A stretch of 64,000 bases of DNA from a virus. Taxonomy: Duplodnaviria > Caudoviricetes. The notes below the pieces were generated by a model. The model was not told the origin of the DNA, ran no database searches, and was given only the letters and a program-made list of their open reading frames with translations. The position numbers were made by a program, and so were the translations under genes. The stretch spans positions 27,330 through 91,329 of the IMG/VR virus record IMGVR_UViG_2890766748_000002. One strand, 5' to 3'. Below are positions 10,254 to 18,337 of this stretch, piece by piece. How positions within the stretch are numbered: position 1 is the stretch's first letter; each line of letters starts with the position of its first letter.

Positions 10254-11345
10254 TTAAAACATATTGCTAAAAACTGATTCATCATAATCAATATTCCACC
10301 TACTTTTGGCTTCAGCAAGCATTTTGTCAATTGTACCATTTCTCTTTGCTACCTTAAATAAATATTTATCTTTGGAGGATTCATCTATTATTGAGTGAAA
10401 CTCAACGAATTCTGAATCATCTAATTCTACTTCCATTGTTAGTAGATCTCCTTCAGATGGACCAGAAATTGCAAGTGTTGTAGCTCCGCGATAATTCCAT
10501 TTTTGTCTTGCCTCCTTATACATTTCAATTAATACGCCTTTTTCTATTGCCTTTTCATGTAAATATTTTTCTTTATCTTCATCAGACTTTAAAATTGTAA
10601 AATGAAAGTATTCGTCTTCCAATAGTTCGACAATTGAGGTTATTTTTTCATTTGTTAGGCTATTAGTAAATGAAATAGGCATTCTAGCAGAACTTACTAA
10701 TGGTTTAGGATATATATTTCTAGTTACATTATCATATTTGAAAAACTCAAATTCTAGATGGAATGGAAGGAAAGAACTTGCAATAATTTTTAAATCATCT
10801 GAAATGCCAGTTTTATTCGGCCTAGGTGGAATTATTGATCTGTCAATAGTATATTTTTTAAAATGTGGAATAATATTTTCAGAGTATAGAATACTGAACC
10901 ACATATTTATAACATTAACCATTAGATCAATTAAATATAGGTTTTCGTTGTTATTTGATAGAATACTGATATTTTTTTCTAAAACTCTATATTCTCCATC
11001 ATTATCTTCATATTCAATGACTCTAATCATCTCCTTTATAGAGCTTGCAGAGGTTACAACCGGATTATTTCTGTCTATTTCATAATGCTTACTTGCGTCT
11101 ACAATATTGCCCAGTATCTGGTAATCTGAGCATTTTTTTATCAAGCGTGGTTTTACATCTTTTTTAAAGTGCTCTTTTTTATATTTAGCGTAGTGTTCCC
11201 CAAAATGATACAATAATGTTGCAGCATGTAAACCAGTATTAATGTCTTCACCAGTCCCAAATACTTTAGTTTGCTGCACTTTAGCATAATTCTGGAAAGA
11301 ATTAACTACTCCAAGGAAAAAATGGCTCATTAAATCTTGATACAT
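10254..11345 (-). CDS. AT-rich cargo protein, HEPN-like N-terminus
   Basis: Helical N-terminus with LGNIVDASKH, resembling HEPN Rx4-6H variants. Confidence 0.5.
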   Translation of the reverse strand: MYQDLMSHFFLGVVNSFQNYAKVQQTKVFGTGEDINTGLHAATLLYHFGEHYAKYKKEHFKKDVKPRLIKKCSDYQILGNIVDASKHYEIDRNNPVVTSASSIKEMIRVIEYEDNDGEYRVLEKNISILSNNNENLYLIDLMVNVINMWFSILYSENIIPHFKKYTIDRSIIPPRPNKTGISDDLKIIASSFLPFHLEFEFFKYDNVTRNIYPKPLVSSARMPISFTNSLTNEKITSIVELLEDEYFHFTILKSDEDKEKYLHEKAIEKGVLIEMYKEARQKWNYRGATTLAISGPSEGDLLTMEVELDDSEFVEFHSIIDESSKDKYLFKVAKRNGTIDKMLAEAKSRWNIDYDESVFSNMF

Positions 11346-11404
11346 ATGAAATGAAAGATTGATTTACAGCTTAATTATATGGAACACTATGATTAAGTGT
11401 TGTT

Positions 11405-12673
11405 TTAAGCTACATCCTGATTTTCATCCTGCTTCCTGAACAGCTTATCAAATACATTGATTTTCTCCTTCTTCCGTTTCTCGCTTATGTGGACATATTT
11501 CATAGTTGTTTCCAACTTTGAATGACCCATATAATCCTTCAGGGTAACCACATCGCCCCCTAGTTCGATGAAAACCGTTCCGAAGGTGTGCCGGGCCGTG
11601 TGGGTTGTCATTTTGAAATCAATGCCAACGTGTTTTCCGATTGTGTCTAACAGCCGGTTGGTGTGTTGTTCGCTGAACGTATCAAATAACCGTCCCAGCG
11701 ATGTGGTCACCAGCTTTCGAGCTGCCGGGTGGATCGGAACACGGACTACTTTATGATAACGATTGCGGTTTTTAACCGGAATAATAATGAGCCAGTCGCC
11801 CTTAATATTTTCATGATTGACGGTCTTAGCGTCGCTAATCCGAAGCCCTGTAAAACAGCTAAATAAAAAGTGTCGTAAAACCTTCCGCCAGGCGTCGGCC
11901 GTATTGCTGGCTTCAAATAGGGTCAATAAGCTCATGAGTTGTTCCTCTGTCAACGCATTGGGGAATGTCTCTGGTTTGAGAACTTTGACGGATTTGAACG
12001 GGTCATCGAATACGTTTTTATCTTCCAGGGCGATTCGAACGTAAGTCCGGATGTCCTTCATGCCCTTTTCAACCGTCGATGGTGCATTGCCCAGGGCGGA
12101 TCGTAAATACGCCCGGAAGTTTTCGAGCAGCTTAGGGGTAAGGTTGTTGAACGGCAGGGGCGGGGTTTGGCCGTCGATGGTGTCAGGATTTTTTTTGCGG
12201 CCGGATTTCGCATTGACTTCTCGGGTCCAAAACGCTTTTAATTTGTTTAGGGAAGCAAGGTGGCCGTCACGCGTTTGCTTTTCAATCTTTCTCCGTTTGA
12301 ACCGTTCCTTTGCTTCAGTTTCCCAGAAGGACAGAAAATCCTTTCGGGATGTGAAAGTTCTATAATCCCGGATCAATAATTCCATCGTAAGCGTCTTGCC
12401 AGATAGCCGATAGGATTTGAAAATCTCATTGACCTTCCCCATTTCCGTGTCAATCATCAAGGTATAGTCCGTGTAATCCTGATCATTTTTCGAACGGGGC
12501 AAGAGCTTCCCGGCAGCTTTGTCAAAATGTGTGGCTGGCCAATTCAACTTGAGTGGAATCCGGTCTTTGGCTCCATCAATTGACACATAAATGTAGAGAG
12601 CAGACGTACCGTCCGCTTTTTGATAATCATCCTTGATTATCAGCTTCTTAAAGAAATTTTGAACATTTCCCAT
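11405..12673 (-). CDS. int: Tyrosine integrase (prophage A)
   Basis: Arm-binding N-terminus (KADGTSALYI), FTGLRISD, HTARHTF, MGHSKLETTMKY; likely start ATG 12673. Confidence 0.95.
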   Translation of the reverse strand: MGNVQNFFKKLIIKDDYQKADGTSALYIYVSIDGAKDRIPLKLNWPATHFDKAAGKLLPRSKNDQDYTDYTLMIDTEMGKVNEIFKSYRLSGKTLTMELLIRDYRTFTSRKDFLSFWETEAKERFKRRKIEKQTRDGHLASLNKLKAFWTREVNAKSGRKKNPDTIDGQTPPLPFNNLTPKLLENFRAYLRSALGNAPSTVEKGMKDIRTYVRIALEDKNVFDDPFKSVKVLKPETFPNALTEEQLMSLLTLFEASNTADAWRKVLRHFLFSCFTGLRISDAKTVNHENIKGDWLIIIPVKNRNRYHKVVRVPIHPAARKLVTTSLGRLFDTFSEQHTNRLLDTIGKHVGIDFKMTTHTARHTFGTVFIELGGDVVTLKDYMGHSKLETTMKYVHISEKRKKEKINVFDKLFRKQDENQDVA

Positions 12674-12802
12674 TAGGAACAGGCTAGGAACAGGAAGGTA
12701 AAAAACCGGGGTGTTTCCAGAATTAGGAATTGTATTAGGAACCGAAAAAGTGCCATTACAGCGTATGTAGGCACTTTTTCGGTATGTTCGTGGTCCCACC
12801 GG
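12674..12802 (-). other. att junction: tRNA 3'-end core, terminator-like hairpin and integrase arm-type repeats
   Basis: Minus strand CCGGTGGGACCAC (12790-12802) matches a tRNA T-stem/acceptor 3' end; 14-bp inverted repeat 12741-12754/12770-12783; TAGGAACAGG at 12674 and 12685, TTAGGAA at 12723 and 12735. Confidence 0.7.
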
Positions 12803-12955
12803 AAGTTGACCCCCTTCCATTTTTTGCCTTTCTATCGGTCAGCATCCGCCTTGATAGAAGTCAAACCCGTCAGCGTTGATCCGGGGCTATTTTTAGTAAT
12901 GAAGAAAGGGGAGTTGAACCTATTGAGCCGGATGAAGGCCGAAGGATGGGTATAA

Positions 12956-12998
12956 AATTTGACCCCAACAGGTGGAGGTTTACCGTTGGGGTCAAATT
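12956..12998 (-). terminator. Hairpin after the Dam gene
   Basis: AATTTGACCCCAAC / GTTGGGGTCAAATT 14-bp inverted repeat. Confidence 0.7.
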
Positions 12999-13001
12999 AA
13001 T

Positions 13002-13799
13002 TCAGTAATTCCAGGTCAGACACTCGACCTTTTTCCGGTTCGCTTTCCGACGGCCGTCAACCGCCAGCGTTTTTTCAATGTCTTCTGATTGCCAGCCGAG
13101 CCGGTTGCGGTAGTCCATCAAAACCGGTTCCGGATACGAGCTGAGCAGGAATTTCCCCTGAAGCTTTGAACAGGCTTCGAGCAACCTCGTGAAGTCTTCC
13201 AGCGTGTAACCGGCATAGTGTCCCTGATCGGCGCTGACGTACGGCGGATCCAGGTAGAAAAACGCATCGGGAGAATCATACGCCTTCATCACCTTCAAAA
13301 CATCGTACGATTCGATCGCTACTTTTCGGAGCCGTTCCTGATACGCATCGGTCAGCAGCTTCTTTTTGTTGGCGATCTTCAGCGCGCATTTCCCAAACCG
13401 GTCGTAGCCGAATCCTCCACCGATTGTTGAGGAAAAGCTCATGTTGGTTTGCACCCAGACGGCCCAGGCCATCTGGAGCACATCGCGGATTTCCTGTTCA
13501 CCTGATTCGTATTCCTCATCGGACTGTTTGTGCTGGGCCCGGCTGTGGAAGGTTTCGTCGATGAGGTCCTGCAATTCGTCCAGATCGTATTTCAGGACTT
13601 TGTAAAAGGTAATCAGCCGGTTGTTGATGTCATTGACAACCTCGGCACTGCTGGGAGGCTTTGCCCAGAATACAGCACCACCGCCGAAGAACGGCTCGAT
13701 GTAAGTGGCATGATTCGGGATTTTGGGAAGGATGTGACGCAGCATGAGCTGCTTACCACCATAATAGGTGATAGGGGTTTTCAATTGTACGGTGGTCAT
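13002..13799 (-). CDS. dam: D12-class N6-adenine DNA methyltransferase (Dam-like)
   Basis: YYGGK, YIEPFFGGGAV, NDIN, FYLDPPY. Confidence 0.92.
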   Translation of the reverse strand: MTTVQLKTPITYYGGKQLMLRHILPKIPNHATYIEPFFGGGAVFWAKPPSSAEVVNDINNRLITFYKVLKYDLDELQDLIDETFHSRAQHKQSDEEYESGEQEIRDVLQMAWAVWVQTNMSFSSTIGGGFGYDRFGKCALKIANKKKLLTDAYQERLRKVAIESYDVLKVMKAYDSPDAFFYLDPPYVSADQGHYAGYTLEDFTRLLEACSKLQGKFLLSSYPEPVLMDYRNRLGWQSEDIEKTLAVDGRRKANRKKVECLTWNY

Positions 13800-13913
13800 A
13801 ACGTTGAGTTTTGACCAAAAGAACAAAATCGTATAATACAAATCAAATATAGATAGATAATGGACTTGTATTATATGTAAACGGTTAGCATTCCATTGAC
13901 CGTACGGAAAAAC

Positions 13914-14027
13914 CTAGGGCTGCAATAGAATAATCAGGAAGAGGAAAGCGGCTGTGCCCAGCAGCATGATGAGAAAGACATGAAACCCCGTCGGGAGTTT
14001 GCTCAGGATCCGGTTGACCGTTTTCAT
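13914..14027 (-). CDS. 37-aa single-TM peptide
   Basis: MKTVNRILSKLPTGFHVFLIMLLGTAAFLFLIILLQP; TATATTTG -7-like box at 14064-14071 (minus). Confidence 0.55.
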   Translation of the reverse strand: MKTVNRILSKLPTGFHVFLIMLLGTAAFLFLIILLQP

Positions 14028-14098
14028 AAACAGAGAAAAGCCACGGCTTACCTCGTGGCTTTTCAAATATAGCAAAAAAGTTGCGGGGGCGGAATCGA

Positions 14099-14233
14099 TC
14101 AGATTACCGTGAAGCCGAATAGTCGTAGGCAAACCGAATACCCTAGTATAATCCGGCCGACATAACCATTGCGCCGACTGAAGAGGCATTTGTTTTTCCG
14201 CTTTATTGACATCCAAAACGGCTTTTTTTTCAT
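14099..14233 (-). CDS. Small basic hypothetical protein (44 aa)
   Basis: Manual translation MKKKPFWMSIKRKNK...FTVI; preceded by the shared linker motif. Confidence 0.5.
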   Translation of the reverse strand: MKKKPFWMSIKRKNKCLFSRRNGYVGRIILGYSVCLRLFGFTVI

Positions 14234-14244
14234 AATGGGACGGT

Positions 14245-14412
14245 TTATTTACTAGATGGTGTTTTAGCCTCTTCCTCCAACATATCCTTCAAGTCCTTCA
14301 ATTCAGTTAAGACCGCACGGGCGGCTTCTAATTGTGTTGACAAGTCATCGATTCTGTTTTGGTAGTGAGAAACCTTATTTCTCACGCGCTGTAATGCTGT
14401 TTCTTTGCTCAT
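14245..14412 (-). CDS. Small coiled-coil protein (55 aa)
   Basis: Manual translation MSKETALQRVRNKVSHYQNRIDDLSTQLE...; preceded by the linker motif. Confidence 0.7.
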   Translation of the reverse strand: MSKETALQRVRNKVSHYQNRIDDLSTQLEAARAVLTELKDLKDMLEEEAKTPSSK

Positions 14413-14428
14413 TTTTTTCGGACGTTTG

Positions 14429-14605
14429 TTAGCTTTCTATAAATTCATTCCAAAAGGATTGTGCAGCTTTTTTCGGGTCGTCGGGAAAATCTTCGTAATT
14501 GAAGATGCAAACGGCATCATCCTCCGCTTTTAAGTCATTAGATCCTAATTTTTGCAGGGCTTGGTTAAACTGCTGAACCCATTCTGAATATTCTTCATTT
14601 TCCAT
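14429..14605 (-). CDS. Small acidic protein (58 aa)
   Basis: Manual translation MENEEYSEWVQQFNQ...DFPDDPKKAAQSFWNEFIES; preceded by the linker motif. Confidence 0.7.
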   Translation of the reverse strand: MENEEYSEWVQQFNQALQKLGSNDLKAEDDAVCIFNYEDFPDDPKKAAQSFWNEFIES

Positions 14606-14619
14606 ATCGGACGGTTTAA

Positions 14620-14862
14620 TTAATTGTCTCTTACTCCCGAATTTTCGATAATTTCTTTAGCCGCTTTCAGGATCATCAATTTGCCCTGATGGGTGAGATC
14701 GAAACAGGACACATCGACATCGAAGCCACCACCAGAACCGGTACCGGTAATTACGATTACAAAGTTTGCGTCGGTCATTTTGCCGATTGCATTTGAGATG
14801 AATTGACCTTTGTCAGTTTCACCCGGGCCAGAGCCTCTTTCAGTTGCGAGATAGTTTCCCAT
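14620..14862 (-). CDS. Small hypothetical protein
   Basis: 80-aa ORF preceded by the linker motif. Confidence 0.65.
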   Translation of the reverse strand: MGNYLATERGSGPGETDKGQFISNAIGKMTDANFVIVITGTGSGGGFDVDVSCFDLTHQGKLMILKAAKEIIENSGVRDN

Positions 14863-14886
14863 TTTTATTCGGACGTTTGTTAGAAT

Positions 14887-15264
14887 TTAAAACCAAACAG
14901 CGAACCTTACCCAGCGTTCAGGTTTAACTTGTATGCTGACGTAGGCATACTTCCCGTCTTCGCACTCCCTTTGTTCAATCCAGACCGCTGGTATAAGCGG
15001 AAATCGGCGTTCAGCAACAGGGATGCCGGTGGGGGTTCTAACGATTCTCATGTACGCATTCTCGCACTTAACAGCCTTTTTGTAGGCAGTCAACTGGCTG
15101 ACAAATTCGGAACCACGTATTTTGCGCAAAATTTCCAACAAACGCTTATTACTACGCATGGTTCTGGCGGCTTGCTCTTGGGCGTAAGCCTTCCATCCTT
15201 TGTCAAATTCTTTTTCAACCGTGGCGTAAAATGCCCTTACCGCCGAAGCTCTCGTATGTATCAT
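14887..15264 (-). CDS. Hypothetical phage protein
   Basis: 125-aa ORF in the leftward operon. Confidence 0.65.
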   Translation of the reverse strand: MIHTRASAVRAFYATVEKEFDKGWKAYAQEQAARTMRSNKRLLEILRKIRGSEFVSQLTAYKKAVKCENAYMRIVRTPTGIPVAERRFPLIPAVWIEQRECEDGKYAYVSIQVKPERWVRFAVWF

Positions 15265-15386
15265 ATCTGGGGTTAAAAAATGTGACTTTTTGCAACAGCC
15301 TGTATTTCAATAGAGAAAAACAACTCGGTCAATTATTCAAAGTGCGGAAAACGTTGGTTGATTGACCGGGATTAATTGACTGTCCT

Positions 15387-15980
15387 TCACAGGTAATCTT
15401 TCACCGAAATTGCGAACTGGATGAGGTTGCGAACCGAACTAAGATTCAGCTTTGCCGCCATGTTGGTTTTGTGATTTATGAAGGTTCGGTAACTCATATT
15501 CAACTGGCCAGCGACTTCATAGCCCGGCAACCCCGTCGAAACCAGCTTTAAAACCTCGCGTTCCCGGGTGCTCAGTCCGGCGATGGCGCCAACTATCCTT
15601 TCGTCCGGCACCGGCGTTCCCGATCGGCGCAGGCCTTCCAGAACCGTTGGACTCAGGTGTTTTTGTCCAGCCAGCACCGATCGGACACCTTCGTATAATC
15701 CCTGCAAGCCATCGTCGCTCATGACAAATCCCCAGTAGTTTGCCTTTAACCCGTCTGCGATGAGGGTCGAATCAAACGAGCTGAGCAGCAATACGAACCG
15801 AACTTTGGGAAATGCCTGGGCATTTATCACCTCGTCAGTAAGCACCAGATCCGGCTTTCGGACGCTGATCGAATCAAGGCTGTTTGATATACCTAGCGAA
15901 CCAAAACCGTCCACGCGCAGGGTTTTTTCAAGCGTGTCGGCCTTAAGGCGGTCGGTGGTATGGATGAGGATGGTTTTCAC
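15387..15980 (-). CDS. NarL/LuxR-family response-regulator-like protein
   Basis: REC-like PDLVLTD; C-terminal LSTREREVLKLV...VAGQLNMSYRTFINHKTNMAAKL; GTG start overlaps the upstream stop. Confidence 0.85.
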   Translation of the reverse strand: MKTILIHTTDRLKADTLEKTLRVDGFGSLGISNSLDSISVRKPDLVLTDEVINAQAFPKVRFVLLLSSFDSTLIADGLKANYWGFVMSDDGLQGLYEGVRSVLAGQKHLSPTVLEGLRRSGTPVPDERIVGAIAGLSTREREVLKLVSTGLPGYEVAGQLNMSYRTFINHKTNMAAKLNLSSVRNLIQFAISVKDYL

Positions 15981-16666
15981 GGCTTCTTGTCGATCCGGGA
16001 GAAAGACACAACCCATACGAATGGATTAGATTCCCAGGACTCGGAACCGTTGATTTTTGCCCATATCCATTGAAAACTTTCCTGGGCGTTCATATTATCC
16101 CATTCGTGGGGCTGACCGTCAAAACCTAGCCGTTTTCCAGACTCGCCATAGTTTCCGCCCACACCTTCGGCGTATACATCCTCGGTGCTGATCATTTGAA
16201 GCCGCTCCGCCCGAACGTCGGTAATTTGCAGGAAAATACGGGCCGCTGCTTTGGGCATGTGGATGGACGGCCGCCACTGATACGGCCAGCCAGCTTTGAT
16301 ATAATCCTGACGCGCATCCTCACCGGCAGATCCACAATCTGCTTTGTAAGCATACTGCTGGTCTTTCGTCGCATGATGATCAACGAATTTACACCAAGTC
16401 TCCCTGACCCAGAGAATATCCCCAACCTGACCATATCGGCATGCAGGACCTGCCAGACCTTTCAATGGCCCAGAGCTGAATAAGTTTGTATAGCCGTCTT
16501 TTGAGGCTTGTTTTAAAAATACAGCAGCCTGGTCAATTGGCATTGGCAGGGGCATATCCAGCGCTTTGGGCTGTGGATTGATGATTCGCCGGGTTTGCGT
16601 TTTCTGGTTATCAAGGATCGCTTGAACCATCGGCGTAGAAAATAAGATTGGACGTTCGATTGTCAT
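15977..16666 (-). CDS. ASCH-domain-like phage protein
   Basis: ERPILFSTPMVQAIL..KTQTRR, GDILWVRET, WRPSIHMP, NPFVWVVSF. Confidence 0.8.
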   Translation of the reverse strand: MTIERPILFSTPMVQAILDNQKTQTRRIINPQPKALDMPLPMPIDQAAVFLKQASKDGYTNLFSSGPLKGLAGPACRYGQVGDILWVRETWCKFVDHHATKDQQYAYKADCGSAGEDARQDYIKAGWPYQWRPSIHMPKAAARIFLQITDVRAERLQMISTEDVYAEGVGGNYGESGKRLGFDGQPHEWDNMNAQESFQWIWAKINGSESWESNPFVWVVSFSRIDKKP

Positions 16667-16680
16667 GATTGAGGAGGTGA

Positions 16681-16872
16681 TTAAAGAGGGGTTGCGTTTT
16701 TTCTGTGACAATCCGGACAATAATGTTTATCCACAGACTTGACCCATCCTTCATCTTCGGCGCATTCCTCTGCGACGGCTATATCTGTGAATATTGAAAA
16801 GTCCCGGCTATCGGTATATACATCTTCGCAACCGTCGCAGGTCAACATGGCGGAATCTACTTTGGTGATCAT
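16681..16872 (-). CDS. Small zinc-finger protein
   Basis: CDGC...HYCPDC. Confidence 0.65.
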   Translation of the reverse strand: MITKVDSAMLTCDGCEDVYTDSRDFSIFTDIAVAEECAEDEGWVKSVDKHYCPDCHRKNATPL

Positions 16873-16934
16873 TTTGCGTTTGTTTAAAAAGTGGAGTTGA
16901 AAGAAACCGGCTACCCATTCGGCAGCCGGTCAGT

Positions 16935-16983
16935 GGACAGAGAAAAGTACAGGCAGGACAGAGAATTCAGGAGGGACAGAGAA
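16935..16983 (+). repeat. Three direct repeats GGACAGAGAA
   Basis: Copies at 16935, 16956 and 16974. Confidence 0.85.
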
Positions 16984-16987
16984 CGTA

Positions 16988-17686
16988 TTAAAAAGGAAGG
17001 CCGTCGTTCGGATCTTCATCCAGAACCGTTACTGTTTCTCGAACAGCAGGCACCTCATCCACAACCGGTGAGCCTTCAATCAGCGTGTGGGTACCGGATG
17101 AGGTTGAGTTGAGGAGCGGATTGTAAAAGTTGAAGCTGGTTTTGACCTGGGCAACATCAGTCACCGTTTCCTGACGGTAGATGTTGTAGGTTTTTGCGTA
17201 CCGCTGAAGTTGCTGAGTCTTTTTCGTATCCGCCAGTTTATACGTGAATTTGGCGATGTAATAAACACCCTTCGGTGTTATCCGGGTGTTTTCCCTTCGC
17301 TCAGCCGTCACCGTCACCACAATATCCGAAAGCAGCAGGTCGTCGTAAAACAGCGGCTCAATCAGCCGGTAGATGTTATCGACAGAAAAACCATGAAACA
17401 GGATCGACGAAACGCAGGCCTGTTTGTCGATGAAAAACAGTTCCGCCCAGTTCTTATGCCCCATGTTGAGGATGTCGTCGTAAAAGATGCGCCACGCCAT
17501 AGGCTGAAAAGTCAGCTCCGTCATTTTCGACTGAACGATGGCGCTTTCAACATCGAAGGTGCCCTCTTTGGCATCGAACCGGTACGTGCGCGGGTGGCCG
17601 TCAAGATGTTTGACAATGGAAACCACCTGATCACCGACGCGCTTTTCCCACCACTCCAGTTTAGCTGTTTCTTGCTGAGGATTCAT
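16988..17686 (-). CDS. Putative single-stranded DNA-binding protein
   Basis: Acidic C-terminal tail DEDPNDGLPF; beta-rich aromatic core. Confidence 0.5.
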   Translation of the reverse strand: MNPQQETAKLEWWEKRVGDQVVSIVKHLDGHPRTYRFDAKEGTFDVESAIVQSKMTELTFQPMAWRIFYDDILNMGHKNWAELFFIDKQACVSSILFHGFSVDNIYRLIEPLFYDDLLLSDIVVTVTAERRENTRITPKGVYYIAKFTYKLADTKKTQQLQRYAKTYNIYRQETVTDVAQVKTSFNFYNPLLNSTSSGTHTLIEGSPVVDEVPAVRETVTVLDEDPNDGLPF

Positions 17687-17708
17687 ATAAATACGATTTA
17701 GAAGTTGC

Positions 17709-17990
17709 TTAAGCGATTGAGCTTTCAAACCCGACGATCATTTTTTCGAGCATGTCCACTTGTTCCCAAGATTGAGGGTTGAGAAAGAAGATGGAGCCCG
17801 TGCCATCGAAAAGCGCAAACTCCGGAGCGTTCCGCACGTAGGTAAGTCCGATGCAGGGTAAAACATCGACGGCGTTGACATCGCAATTGCCGACCGTTCT
17901 GACCCATTCGGCATCGACGCCACCTGGAATCTGTACAAAACCATTCTGCATCAATTCAATTTCTGTTACTGTACTTGCAAAGTTTTTCAT
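17709..17990 (-). CDS. Hypothetical phage protein
   Basis: 93-aa ORF in the operon. Confidence 0.6.
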   Translation of the reverse strand: MKNFASTVTEIELMQNGFVQIPGGVDAEWVRTVGNCDVNAVDVLPCIGLTYVRNAPEFALFDGTGSIFFLNPQSWEQVDMLEKMIVGFESSIA

Positions 17991-18018
17991 GATCGTATCA
18001 GGTGTTGAGGTTGAATAA

Positions 18019-18159
18019 TTAGATTTTAAAAAGCTTCGTCGGGTGCCACCAGCTCAGATTGGATTGGTAAGTGTAAATCCGGTCGCCGATCACTTTGCTG
18101 ACCTCCTCGATGGTTCCGTACACCGTTTTGACCTTGTTGCCTTTCCGAAAAGTTTTCAT
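18019..18159 (-). CDS. Small hypothetical protein (46 aa), first gene of the leftward operon
   Basis: Manual translation MKTFRKGNKVKTVYGTIEEV...WWHPTKLFKI. Confidence 0.6.
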   Translation of the reverse strand: MKTFRKGNKVKTVYGTIEEVSKVIGDRIYTYQSNLSWWHPTKLFKI

Positions 18160-18180
18160 ATCCGTTTCTGATTTGATGAT

Positions 18181-18217
18181 TCAAATATCTAATTAATTTG
18201 AACAACATGCAAGTTAA
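18181..18217 (-). promoter_or_regulatory. Conserved promoter/operator, copy 1
   Basis: 34/37 identical to 59910-59946; minus strand TTG-N20-GATATTTG resembles the Bacteroidota -33/-7 promoter. Confidence 0.75.
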
Positions 18218-18337
18218 ATGCAAGATATTTGCAAATATATTTGACATTATTGCATATTTCATGACGTAATGGTAATATTGAGTACAAATACTGACGGCTT
18301 ACCGGCTGCTCAGGACTCACCGTAATATCACAAACCT

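Larger units (their letters stand above)
1..12802. mobile_element. Prophage A (partial; left end outside window)
   Basis: Tape measure and tail genes, AT-rich cargo, tyrosine integrase next to a tRNA-3'-end-like att core with arm-type repeats. Confidence 0.8.

Noticed and set aside
12674-12820. N-terminal extension of integrase A given in the ORF track
   Set aside because: It spans the att core, hairpin and arm repeats; ATG 12673 fits the arm-binding domain start better
12780-12870. Complete tRNA gene at the att site
   Set aside because: Only the 3' ~13 nt match; the adjacent sequence does not form D and anticodon arms
13832-13875. Invertible promoter upstream of dam
   Set aside because: The 24-bp spacer is too short for recombinase-mediated inversion; more likely an operator
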